Of a DNA stretch of 64,000 bases, positions 40,301 through 55,646 are shown piece by piece. The DNA lies in the NCBI RefSeq assembly GCF_009914755.1, contig NC_060926.1; one strand, given 5' to 3'. The notes below the pieces were generated by a model. That model was not told the DNA's origin. It ran no database searches and was given only the letters and a program-made list of their open reading frames with translations. The translations under genes were made by a program, and so were the position numbers. Position 1 is the stretch's first letter; the number at the start of each line of letters is the position of its first letter. Origin of the DNA: the human T2T-CHM13v2.0 reference genome, Homo sapiens.

Positions 40301-43300
40301 AAAGTCATAAAACTGTCAGTCATGAATTAGTTAGTGTGAGTGCCTTTGTCTCTAAAGGAAGTTACATGAGGGTCCCAGTGTTGTGGGTATCTTATTATAG
40401 GAGAACTAAAGTAAAATAGAGAAAAAGAGCAACCAACAGTTAAACTAAAGCTAAATTTCTTAGGTAAATACTTTTACCTATGATTGTTCCTAGAAGACGA
40501 CAGAGTAAATGGGGATTTAGTATAGGAAAATCTCTTCTTCTATGTCCTAATTTTTCATTTTTTGACTTGTAACATTTAAAAATTACAGGATATTTATCTT
40601 CCTACCTAAACTCCTTCTGATTCAAATTCATACAATCCGAAAACTACAACTATGGAGTCATATTGACTCTTTTTGCTACCAGAAAGTATTTTATTAGTGG
40701 TGAGGCTAAGGAACAAACAGTGTTTCTCAGGGGTTAGTTTGTTGGGGACCACCTATGAATTTTTTCATGCCCTATCGTACCTCATAGCTACTGGCAAAGT
40801 CAAGAAAGTGGCAGAAATCTCTAGAGAGAATATGTCATTTACAAAATCAATTATAAAGTTCTACACACATACAAACACACACACACACAAAATGGAAGAC
40901 ACTATCAAAAAGTGAAGAATTAGAGGCTCAAATTCTTGCCTGATATCCTAGCATTTATCCACTAACAAATATCCTAATATAAGGAGGTTTTAACCTGGTA
41001 TATTTCCCTAGTAGTCAGTCTGACAAAGATAATGAATTAAATATATAACCACCTAAGTCAGAGGACTTTTTATCTTTAAGATTTCTAAACTTGAAATTCC
41101 AAGTATAAAAAGTTAAAAGCTTTCAAATGTATTAGGGCAGCCATTCATCTAGTTAATTAAGTTAAACTTGCTACTTAGGTTGGGGGTACATATTCTTAGT
41201 AAGAGCAAGACTTGGAAACAAAAGGAAAATTCTGAGACGAAGGGTCTAAATCTGAAGTGGACACCCAAAGAAAACGCATTTCTCCTCTTATTCCTAGGGA
41301 ACTGATATATCACAGAAGCAAAAATACTTAGTTGCAATATTTTTAAAAAGTAGAAATAAAGTCAGTTTTCTAGTTAAAATTACTACATGGTTTTCCATAA
41401 TTGTTGCAAGACAAAGCATATAAGCATGATAAATTTTTACACAGTTTTTCTTTGTGATCAATGTGATATATAGCCAGAGCTTATGTCCATATAAATCTTC
41501 CAAAAATTGTCCAAGAAATCTAATAATCTGCTGTGCAAAGAAAAAGGAAGAAAGAATCAAACATTGCCTGGAAAGTGAATAAATAATATGTTTAAGTGTA
41601 TATATTTTTAAAATCTATGCGACTGATTTTATAATGAAATAAAACATATCCACTTAATTACAGGTCCAAAGTGGCTATTTTCCATTATTTTTCCAATTAA
41701 AAGATGATGTGAGGAATAATTTTGATATTAAAAAGGAACCTCAGTCTTGAAAATATTAAAAAACCATTGCCACCAGATACTAAAATGTGATTTACTTAGA
41801 AATAAGGAAATGTCTAACAGGGCTGGAAAGGTAGACTGTTCACATTTATTAGCATCTCACAGATGTCTCTGTCATTTACAAATAGCTTGATTTGTTAAAA
41901 TCAACAGTACAAAAATGTTCATTTTGTGGCTGATTTTCCATTATATTCTATAATGTAAACCAATAGTAGGTCATATTAGTACTGGTAGCCCATAAATGCA
42001 GTGGCTGGTACCTTACATGTGGTATTTGTAAGGTGCCTCCTAATTTAGTGAATCCACACATATTTTCATAGAAGAAGTTTATCTGTAGGATATTATATTA
42101 TAATTCCTTTACTACAACCAAAATGTCAATGTTGCCCATGGATTAAGAGGCCTCAAGTTTTCCTTTCCATCCCTGAATTACATTTTTATCCTTATATATT
42201 ATAATATTATCATTGTGTTTTATCCTTTATATATAAAACTAATTATTTAACCCACTTTTTTCTAGTCTGCTTTTCTTCAAAATTACACTTTAGGAGAGAA
42301 ATGACCATCATATAGGTAACCTGGCCTCTCTTATCTTATTTAATTTCTTTCCTGATTATGAAAGAACATAAATATGTGATCACATTAAGATTTATCTTAA
42401 GCTCAAAGTCAGAATCCAAACTAAACAAATCCCAGTTCCTGGTTAGCAGTCGTGGGTCATTGTAGTCCCGGGCATTGTATTGAGTCCTGTCTGACCACAG
42501 ATGTTCTTGGCAGCTTTTTCTGCAGGCGTCCTACCAAAATATTATTATTTGTTCTGCTTGCCTCCTTCAGTCCTTTTTTTTTTTTTTTGAAATACCACTG
42601 ATGCCAATTCTGGCTTTTCATCTCACTTTCCTCCCAGTGGACACAATTTTCCTCAAGTATTCTTCTATTTGATATGCTAAGAATGGAAGGTACAGAACAA
42701 AGAAATAAAATATGGCCTGGCCCTCAAGGAATTCCTAGTTTTACCGATGAGAAAAGGAGACATGATTTCCAGTGGAGCATAGAATGAGTCAGCAGAAGCA
42801 ATAAAAAGTACGTGAAGTAGCACAGAAGCAGAATATTACTTTTTAAAAGGAGTGTGGACCAGGAATCTCTTACAGAGAAGAGTATGTTTAGCTGTTTTGT
42901 TTTGTTTTTGTAGAAAATAATATAGTTTTATTAAAGAGAATTTAGTTCAAGTTATCATTATCCCTTTCTATTTGTTGTTGTTGTACCACTGGAGGAAAAA
43001 AATGGTTTATTTTAAACACTTTTGTTACATTTTAGTCTTGATACCTGCAACACACAATTTACAAACATGCTTTATCTTCCTTTCTCTACTGCCCTGGTTT
43101 TATTTAGTCCTTACCTCTTATTATTTTGATTTTCCACTTGATATTTCTACCTATGTGTGCTATTAAGTGTTTCTACAGATGAGAATGTTTATTTTGTTCT
43201 TTAGAGCATTCAGCTTTACCACTTAGAGAATTTTCTTCAGATCATTTGACACATTTCCCTACTCTCACAAATGGCAGGCAGAGCTTTCTTCTTTGAGCTG

Positions 43301-43677
43301 GTCTCTTTATTCTATTTTGAAACATCTCCTTTCTAAAAGGCATCTTACTCTATTCTGCCATATATTTCACATTAAAAAAAATAACTTCTGAGATTACCAT
43401 GGCATTTGGAAAAGAGTATCTCTAAATTTGAACTTTTAAAGTTATTTTTCTTTACAGGTAAGTATTTTTAATTCTAGCAGCCTATTTCCCTTCTTTCATA
43501 AATGTATTGTTCATCATGCTATTAGGCAGCCAATTCTCTGTAATTTTCGTTTGGCTTTATACATCTTTTGATTGGTTAGTTCTTGATATATACATTTTTG
43601 TAGGCATCAAAATATTTGTGTTTCTAAAAATAATATACTAAAGAAGCCTACATTTAAATACCTTTTTTGATATCTAT

Positions 43678-44175
43678 ATATTAGTTTAACTGCTGCAACA
43701 AAATAATAATAGCTTTAGTTACATTGTATAGTTTATGTTTAAGCATATTATGTAGCTTAAACAAAATAGAAGTTTGTTTCTCTCCACTTAAAACTCTAAT
43801 CATAAGTAGTCTACTGCTGCTGTGAAGGCTCAATGGGTTTGAGAACTCATGATTCTTCTATCTCGTTGATCCACCATATTTAACACTGTTTCTATCTTGT
43901 GTTTGAAGTTGGCTACGTCAGATCCTGACACCATGTTCCCATTTCTCCAGTGGGAAGGAGATAAGAAAGAAATGGTAGAAAAGATACTCTTTTAAAAACA
44001 AAACCAAAGTTGCCATATACTGTTCTTACTCATACCCATTAGTCAGAAGTAAGTCACAGGATCCCACTTAACTGCAAGGAAGGCTGGATCACTAGCTTAA
44101 AATTCACTAGCTTAAAATTATATTACTAGAGAAGAAATAAGGATATTGGAGAAAGAGCTACTAGTCTCCATTACA
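43678..44175 (-). mobile_element. Old MLT1-type MaLR LTR
   Basis: gtagcttaaacaaaatagaagtttgtttctctc; cttactcatacccattagtcagaagtaagtcacagg...cttaactgcaaggaaggctgg. Confidence 0.6.
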
Positions 44176-44284
44176 GTCTATACTCACTCGTAACACTTTC
44201 TTCTCCTCCAACCCAGACATTATGTTTTTAGGAATTTGCACTGTACCTGTATGAGGCGTCTCCATACCTAGGCTTTTTGGTATG

Positions 44285-44936
44285 CAGTAGGCTCCCTGTA
44301 TCTGCAGGTTCTGCAGCCACAGATTCGACCAGCCTTGGGTTGAAAATATTTAAAACATAAATAAATAAAATAAAAAAATGACAATTTTTGAAAGGATACA
44401 GTATAACAACTATTTACATGGTATTTATATTGTATTAGGTATTATAAGTAATCCACAGATGATTTAAAGCAGGGGTGCCCAACCCCTGGGCCATGGACTG
44501 GTACCTGTCTATGGCCTGTTAAGAAGTGGGCCGCACAGCAAGGAATGAGAGGCAGGCGAGCAAGCATAACCGCCTGAGCTACGCCTCTTGTCAGATCAGT
44601 GGGGGCATTAGATTCTCGTGGGAGCACAGATCCTATTGTGAACCGCTCATGCATGGGATCTAGGTTGCGTGCTCCTTATGAGAATCTAATGATAAACGTA
44701 ATGCACTTGAATTATCCCGAAACCATCCCTCCCCAGTCCGTGGAAAAATTGTCTTGCACAAAACCAGTCCCTGGTGCCAAAAAGGTTGGGGACCACTGAT
44801 ATAAAATATATGGAAGGATGTGCATAGGTTCAATGCAAATACTATACCATTTTATATCAGGAACTTGAGCATTCATGGATTTTGGTAACAGTGGGGATCC
44901 TAGAACGAATCCCCCATGGATACTAAGGGAACACTG
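44285..44936 (-). mobile_element. MER2 (TcMar-Tigger) split by MER1B
   Basis: tacagtataacaactatttaca...gatgatttaaag | tatatggaaggatgtgcataggtt...cccccatggatactaagggaacactg. Confidence 0.85.
44470..44798. mobile_element. MER1B (hAT-Charlie)
   Basis: TIRs caggggtgcccaacc...ggttggggaccactg and a degenerate 8-bp TSD atttaaag/atataaaa. Confidence 0.88.
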
Positions 44937-46109
44937 TAATCATGCTTTTGTGCTATATTTACATACTGACTTTTTAATACCCCTAGGCAGCAACATCTAC
45001 AACCATAAGATATTTTAACAGTGTACAGTCACTGAGGACTCTCCCTCCTTCCTGAATTCCTACTTCTGAAACTTGGATTCTACTTATAGGTAGCTGTTGT
45101 CTAGGCTTTTTGTCTCCTACTGTTACTTTTTCTAACTCTCTTCCTTTCCCTTTTAGAGCAGCTGCAAGGGAGGCAACTGTTGCCTACCTTCTCTCCACAA
45201 AAGGGAGTATCTCCTTGTCTGGCTTTTCTTGTCATAGCAGCACATGGAGTCTATTAGCCTCATTTTTCCATTCGTCTTTGAAGTTTTCTCTTATCGCTCC
45301 CACTCCTACAACCAACAACAAAAGAGTCCTAGCCACCTTGAACTGTCTCTTGCTTAATTACCTTGTTTCTTCTTTCATCCTCGTCTGTAAAGCAGGTTCA
45401 GGGAGAGCATTCTAGAATTTTGAAAGGAAGGAAGGAAAAACAGTTTTTATTTTATATAATTTGGACTTTTTAATAAAATAATGTATTTAATATTTTTATT
45501 TATTTTAAGCTTTCTTATGTGCATTCTGAAGCTGAAGGTAAAATAGACTCAGACTTTAGATTCTGAATATATGCACCCCACACTGGTTACATGTGGCCTC
45601 CTGAAGGGAATGGATAAAGGCTTCATGCCTGCTCTATAGAATCGCCAAAGAGGGCTTCCGTCAGGCCAGTCCTTTTTTCTTCCTGAAACATTCTCTTAAG
45701 TCACTCTTTTTATTTTTCTTTGATTTAAGCTCACAATTTCCTCACTTTCGGGGATTTAAATTACTACAAATATCCTGTGGGTTTATCCATTTTGAGGTAC
45801 CCTGGTACCTACACAGTCCCTTGCTGGCCAGCTGCTCTCATCCATTGTTATACTGGTGCCTCATAAATTTCCCCTGAGAGGTCCCTCTTCTACACAAAAG
45901 CTGCCTGGGTTTTCTTCTCTTAACTAAGAAGCCTTCTTTTCATCCTACAGCCCACGAAGAAAGCAAAGCACACTGAGGTTCTCACCCTTACTTCCCCTGC
46001 CTCTCCCTATTTCCTCCTCCTTCCCATCACCTCTTTCCTTTATTTATTCTTTCACTTCAGCAGTCTCAGCTGGCATGCATGAGGAGTCTGTTAGGTGCCA
46101 CACATTGTA

Positions 46110-47581
<1,472 letters not shown>

Positions 47582-49679
47582 TTAAGCAGAGACTCAAATG
47601 AAGTAAGGGAAGGAGCGAGATGGACATCTAAGGTAAGAATATTCCAGGCAAAAGGGCAAATACAAATACAAAGGTCCAAAGGCTGGATTTAATAACTAGC
47701 TCAAAAGCTTGTAATAAGTTAATCCTTACCGTGTATATGGATTGGTGTACTGCAGGTACATAAACACCTTATTTCCCCCTTCAAAGTACTGCTAACATTC
47801 CGTATTTCCTTGTCCAAAGCATGAGATAAATATTTGAGAGCAGAGCATTTCTAAAAGCTTACTGTTTTGCTTCATTGCTATAACATGCAGTTTCTTTTGC
47901 CACTCTCCAAGCAGGTCAGTACAGACTGCCTGTTGCTGCTACCTCGTGTTCTGCCACCTTTCATGGCTGCTGCCCTCTCCTCTTGGTACCCAGTGGCCAA
48001 GTGACTTCACCCCAGTGTGGACCACCCTTTCTCATAGGTGAAAGCTCTTGACTCTTCCATACTTTTAAATGTAAGGATAAAATTACTTATATTCTTCGCA
48101 AACCAAGAAATATCCACATGCCTACCTATGGTTTTCCGTACCCTCAATTACTTCTCATTTTCTCAAGAACACAATGAACAGATCCTTTTTCCTTTCTGTA
48201 GTTGAACCTCCTTCACCATCCTGTAGCCTTGTTGCTGGCCTCGTTTCTCATGGGATACACATTGCTTATTCCAGCTTTGTGCTTTTATTTACTTTAGAGA
48301 AGGTTAGTTCTTGATGGCTGCCTTTGAACTCCTTCACTCTCCATTTGATTGTTCTCTTTGGTCCCTGCTGGTTATCTTAGATTTTCTATTAATGCATCCC
48401 CTTTTCCCACTCAATATTTGACTACTATGGAAACCTTGTGGGGAGCTGCACAACTAAGCTTGTTGTCTCCGCTCAATATTCTTCTCCCTCTGGCCTGAGA
48501 ATACCTTTACCTCTGAAGCATGCCTACTCATTTCCTCTTTATAGCAGGTACAGTAATTTTCCTGCCATTTTCTTGATTTCTCTATTGTCTCTGCTGGGTA
48601 GCTTGTTTTTCTTTGCCTTGTTCTTCTTTCCATTACCTGAAATCCTTTGCTATCTCCCCTGGAAGCTCTTTTGCACTGACTGCTCTTTCTATTATAGCCA
48701 CAGGCAGCTTTTCTGAGTTCTTTTCTCTTTCGTTCTGGGCCCTTGAAGTAGGCATAGCTTACTTTTACTGGGAAATAATTCATGTCAGTCTGCTAGAGAT
48801 AGCCTTTTCTGCCTCTTTAAAAGAACGCACTGATACTCTCTCGTCATTGCATCCACTCTTCTCCCCTCACATTGCACTGATTGCATGAGTCATATGCAAA
48901 CCATGTTTCTGGTGCCCTCCACTACTAGATATAACTCACTTCTACCTAAACAAAACTCTCTGTCCACTGAATCACACTTCTTCCTCTTGTCACATGACCT
49001 TACTCTCACAATCGACTCCTCCCACCATTAGTAACTATGGTTGAAAAGATGTCCTTATTTGTTCTTCACCACCCAGAGACATGGTCAGAGCATGCATTTT
49101 TCTCATTCATGAATGAGGAACTATGCTCAGAGATGTTACACATGTTCCTCCCACAGTACACAGTCAATAAATGGAGAGCTGCCTCTTGAACCCATTCTTC
49201 AGTAGACTCGTTTTCTCTCCAGTGCCCTGCTATATATATCCCAGCAAATTGTACTGGAGCTGTTAATGCTTCGAAATGTTTGCTAAAACAAGCAAAAAAT
49301 TCCCATGAAGCCATAGTTGAATTCCTGAAGAGAATGGTTAGTTTTTAGCCCCAGCCTGTCCAGCGGAATTGCCACAGAATTATCCTACCAGCCCTACTCT
49401 GGCATGATTTTATACCAAATCATATCCAAACCTTATATTTCATTGCTTACTCTTGTTTAGTATGTTCTTATTACAAATGAGCCCTGAGGGATAGGCTCCA
49501 GAGATTCCCCAACCCCTACTACAAACATACTCTTCTTTTAGATCTACTCTTTCTTGATACACCATTTTGTGCCTTTTTCCCCCTTTTCTACTTCTTGTGT
49601 CTTCTTTTGCAGACCAATGTATCACAGGTTTTCAATTGCTTTCTGTACTTATTATCTGCAACATTTCTCCTCATAGACT

Positions 49680-50282
<603 letters not shown>

Positions 50283-50299
50283 GTAGTACAGGCTCTTTA

Positions 50300-50422
50300 T
50301 CTCCTCCCTAAATCTGTGGAAGAAAAATTGGTTACAGTGGGAATATTTACACTATGGAAATTGATAAACACTACAAATCAGGGTAAGAGCCATGTGTTAA
50401 ACATTTTCCAGCATATGACTGC
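50300..50422 (-). mobile_element. MER63-like hAT element
   Basis: gtgggaatatttacactatggaaattgataaacactacaaatcaggg...gttaaacattttccagcatatgactg. Confidence 0.65.
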
Positions 50423-53000
50423 TGCCGGCAATTCTGATACAAAGTTTGAGAACATTTTCACAGATAATCTCTGAAACTCACCCTGCTCAAGGGAAATAGT
50501 CTGTGCTCCACTTCCACAGGCTCCCACCAAGTTGTTCTCCTGACATCACTCCCTCTTTCCTGCTTCAGGTTCTGCGTACAGATAGAGGACAAGAGTACAC
50601 CCTCACTGTTTGCCTCTTTCTGCCTCATTATATAGTATTCAACAACAGCAGATTCTGCAGCCCTGGAACTCTCCTATAACCATGTCACTCGCAGTAGCTT
50701 TGCTTTCTTATGCTCCAGTTTGTGCATCTCATTCACGGAGGTAAAGCTCCCATGGTTTTTCTTCAAAACGCTATGAATCCAGGGGTACAGTTATGATGCC
50801 TTTTGTTGTTTTGTTTTGTTTTCTGTGAGGCAGCTGAGGCATCACAGGTATGCGACTTGTCCCAGGTCATTTGGTTACTTGTTGGACCAGAAGAGAGACC
50901 TAAATCAGAGGCAGAGTGAAATGTTTTCCCTCTAGGGTCATTCATGAAATATTCTACCAAGTGAGAAATGAAGATATCTCGATATGTTTGATTCAGAAAT
51001 CAAATTAGTAAATGTTAAACCCCAGAACCATCAGTAAACTGTGAAAATCTGAAATGGTGGCCTAGCATTAATCCTATTTGATCTCCCTGCCTTTTTTCCC
51101 CTTTAAAAGTTTTCATCTTTATTTGTCTTCATTTTGCACTCTACCTTTCATTGATTCCCCTTTTATTTCTGGCTGCCCTGCCTGCTGCATTCAGCAAGCC
51201 ATTCCTTCTCTCAGGTCTAGAGGACCCCAAGCTGATTTCCTGTGGTTCACTTCTAACCACTTAAAAGAAAGGTTGCAGCATTTTCTTTTGTACTCAGGTG
51301 AATTTGATTGTTTAAAACAAGCTTTCTTTCAAAGACTCTCAACAGACTGTACAAAAGCTTAATCATCCTATCTGTACGTAGACTAAAATAAAACCTAGGG
51401 TGCATCATCCAAGGCTGTCTATTCTTTGATTTTTGAAGACGTAAAAAAGCTCCTTTTTTGTCTCCTTTTCTGCCTGAAAAAATAAATTCTGGCGTTCTTA
51501 GGAAACAATGCATTAATCCTAAAAGTGTGTATGTGTATTTTGAATTAGTCTTTTCGTTTTCTACTAAGACAGCATTTAGAATAGCCATTTTTATTTCTTG
51601 TATACCTAAGACTGACTCCTCCTTTTCCTTCAAGATTTTATTTAGTCCCTCTGATTTATTGCCTTTCCCTCTTTTCCTGTGGTGTTACCCATTTATAATG
51701 CCTTCTCTTTGATCACTTTGAAATCCACCATATGTTTTCCTGTTTGCCATCTCCCGACTTCCCCATGGCATTAACTGCAGTGAGTGGTGGACTCCTTGTC
51801 GGGACCCATGAAGGATCTTTGTTCCTTCAGCTGGACAGCAACAACTCCTCCAGCCTGGGTCTCCAGGATCCTCTCCAGAACTGCTTTCAGTATCTCTTTC
51901 TCTCCCAGTTATCAAATGACAGACAAAGTAATCATTTTACATTTACTCCATACATGGATATATCTCTTACAGTGAATTTCAGCACCATTTTAGGAAACAC
52001 TGTCCTTGTACAGCCACCCTGTAGTGGGAATTTTATCAGAAATTATTGTATTTCTCATGTAATAAAATTGATGATATTTGACGTGTTCAAAGTTAGTTCT
52101 TTGATTATTCAGAGTTAGTGGAGCAAAAGTCTATTGCCTTCATTTATTTAACAAACATTTATCAAAAGCCTACTAAGAGACATACAGAGATTTGTGAATG
52201 AATACCCCAGGGAGGCTAATTATTTGTTAACGTTTCTTATTAGGGCCAAGGTTTCTAATTATTTGTATAGCTTTTTCATTATGTTCAAAAATAAGAGATT
52301 TATTACCCACACTAAACATTATATAACATTATAACTTAATCATAATTGCCTTATTATTGCAATATTCTGAGCCAGATAACTTCCGAGGAGGTATATTAGA
52401 GGGTTTTAAATTTCAATGTTAACATAAATCACTGGTTCTTGGTAAACAGCAGTTATGCCATGCATTATACACATTCAGAATTTTGGCTCCCTGTGACTTA
52501 TGACTTCAGGCAATTGACTAGGGGCTAGAGACAATGTGTGTGTGTATGTGTGGGTGCAGGAATTGGCTCTGCCTGTAAATTACAAGGGGCAGCTTGATGT
52601 GCAGGCCATGAGTGTCCTCAACAGAGATGAGTGGTGCCAATGAAGGCGTTTTTATATTCTCACTCTAGGGAGCTGTTTACTTTGGTGGGAACAAGACCGA
52701 TATACAAGTTGCCTGTCTTCTGTGGAAATCTAATTTTACTGACACATATATTTTATTTATTCCATTGATATTCTGTAAGCTCTTATGGATGCCTTTATAG
52801 CAGCCAATGGCCAGCTCTCCTGCCTTTAATGTACTGTGGATATTAAGAAAAAGCATGATTTTCTCCATGCCTTAAAAGACCTCAGTCTATTAGAAGAGGC
52901 AGAAGTGGAAACAGATAAGTTACACAGATCAGTAAGTAAACAATCAGAACATGTCACTATGCTTAAATTATATTTTTATAGCCATACCTGTTCTATAAAT

Positions 53001-53206
53001 CAGAAGTTAGCAAACTACAGCCTTGCAGGCCAAACCCACTCTTTCACCAGTTGTTATAAATAAAGTTTTATTGGAAAACAACTACTCTCACTCATCTACC
53101 TATTGTCTGTGGCTGCTTTTGCACTATAATGGCAGAGTCAACTAGTTTCAAGAGACTGAATGGCTCACAAAGCCAAATGGTTAATATCTGGCCCTTTAAA
53201 GAAAAG
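53001..53206. mobile_element. MER58A (hAT-Charlie)
   Basis: gcaaactacagcc...taaataaagttttattggaa...tattgtctgtggctgcttttgcactataatggcagag...atctggccctttaaagaaaag. Confidence 0.85.
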
Positions 53207-53520
53207 ATTAATATCTGGCAATCAAATATGTGTGAACGTGTTTCAAAGGGATGGGTTTAAATACTATTAATATTTAGAGCATCAACCTAACTCAAGACTT
53301 GTTTGCAGAATTTTTACAGTTTCTGTGCTGCATGGCCAGGCCTAGAAATGATAACAAAATATGACTATCATCACACTAAAGTTAATAGAAAATTATTAAA
53401 CATTTTATGAGTGCTTAGAATATAGCATAGGTATTAATTCTGAATTTAGTGTGAACATGTTCTTTTTATTCTTTTATCAATGTCACAGGGCTGTCATTGT
53501 ATTAGGAAAATAAAGTGAAG

Positions 53521-53810
53521 TGCCAGGCATGGTAGTTCACACCTGTAATCCTACTACTTTGGGAGGCTGAAGCAGGAGGATTGCTTGAGGCCAGGAGTTC
53601 AAGACCAGCCTGGGCAACAGAGCAAGACACTGTCTTTACAGAAAATTTAAAAATTAGCATGTGTCTGTGGTCCCATCTACTTGAGAGGCTGAGATGGGAG
53701 AATTGCTTGAGCCCAGGAGTTTGAAGTTGTAGTGAGCTATAATCACAGCATTGCACTCCAGTCAGAGTGACAGAGCAAGACCCTGTCTCTTTAAAAAAAA
53801 TAACAAAAAT
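53521..53810 (+). mobile_element. AluJ
   Basis: J-type motifs (ggattgcttgaggccaggagttc, gtgagctataatc). Confidence 0.9.
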
Positions 53811-55309
53811 AAGGAAACCAAATGTTATTCTCTCTCCCCATGAATGTTCTATCCCTGCAATGGGACTTTACAGCTTTACAGTTACATTTTTAAAAGCTAA
53901 ACCTAGAAATCAACAAATCTAACCATTTTATGTTTAAATAGAGTCTCCATGAGAATATTTTGATTCATAAAAAGGAACTTAAATGAGTATTTCTTTATGA
54001 GACATTTAAATAATTATGGCATGCCCCATGATTCACCCCATCTTTATTTCATTACTGTTTTATCAGAGCTTTGCATTATCAAGTTGAGTTGAAACAACAT
54101 GGGCTACATGACTTACCAGCTATCAATTTTCGTTTCCTATCTGCAAAGTAGAAATCCGTTATATCATTTCTAAGGCTATTCCAGAAGGGAATAAAGCCTG
54201 AAAAACACTTAGCACTGTGGTAGACATGTGAAAAATATTATCTTCCTTACCTTCTTTTTGATATAATCTGTAATATTTGAACATTTTCTTATGTCATACT
54301 TTATGCAAATACAGTATTTCTGTCACGTTAAACTTAGCAAAAAACCACCTAAGTGAACTATACACTGATTGTGTAGTTAAGCTTGTTTAATATCTCTTAA
54401 AACATTCATCTCAGTTGTTACCTGAAAATACCGATTTAAGAGACTTAAGTCTAGTGATGCCCTATTCCAAAGGACTTAATAATGTAATGTTATTGCTAAA
54501 AGGAAGGCAGCCAAGATTGTCTTTTATTGTTTATTTCTATCACTTAAATCACCTACAACTATGTTGGCATAAGGATCACTAAAGTCCTAGAGTAAGCGGA
54601 TTTATAGTCTCTGTCTTTAAGAAAGAAAGTAATGGCCTATTGTGAAGCCTCGAATTCTGGCATCGATAATATTTTGATTTTGTTATTTTTCTAGGATTTC
54701 TTATGAACCTGTGTGGAAAATATTTAGGTATGTTTTCATTACAAAACGAAAGCAATTTCTTCTGAAAATCGCAGCTTCTTTCGTCTTGCTTTGTTCAGCA
54801 TTCTAATGCCTTTCTTTGTTTTCCACATAAGAACTTCAATCTCCCAGCTCACAAGCTTTCCAAGACTCCCCACTGAGCACAGAACAAAATCCAGTCCCCT
54901 GATCCTAAGATTTAAGCTTGAAACCATGCTAGCCTATTCAGCTATTACATGTTGAATACTAGGGCTGCATCTTACTGCTTTGCTCATTTCCTCCTTGCTG
55001 AGGACAATGCCTGGCACATAGTAGTTGCTCCATAAATTTCTGTTAAATATAACTAGTTACTAAAATATAGACAGAAGCTCCTCTGCAATCATTCACTATT
55101 TGTGGCTCCCTGAATGTGTTCTTCCCCTTACAACCTCTGGGTACTTTCCTGAACTGTTGAAATCCTGCCCACACTTCCAAGACCCTGCTGCACAAAGCCT
55201 CTCATGATCTTTCAGTAGTCAAAATTAATTTCTTCATTGGGTTTTCATAACACTCCTTATGTCTGTTACGCTATTAAACCAATTCATTTATTCTACAAAT
55301 ATTTATTCA

Positions 55310-55646
<337 letters not shown>

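Noticed and set aside
42007-42037. Imperfect hairpin ggtaccttaca-N9-tgtaaggtgcc
   Set aside because: Only 8 contiguous perfect pairs, within chance expectation for 64 kb.
42446-42535. Small CpG-containing patch with an ACTACAAT motif (minus strand) resembling the ZNF143/THAP11 element
   Set aside because: The spacing to CCC is off consensus, and there is no CpG island or other promoter evidence.
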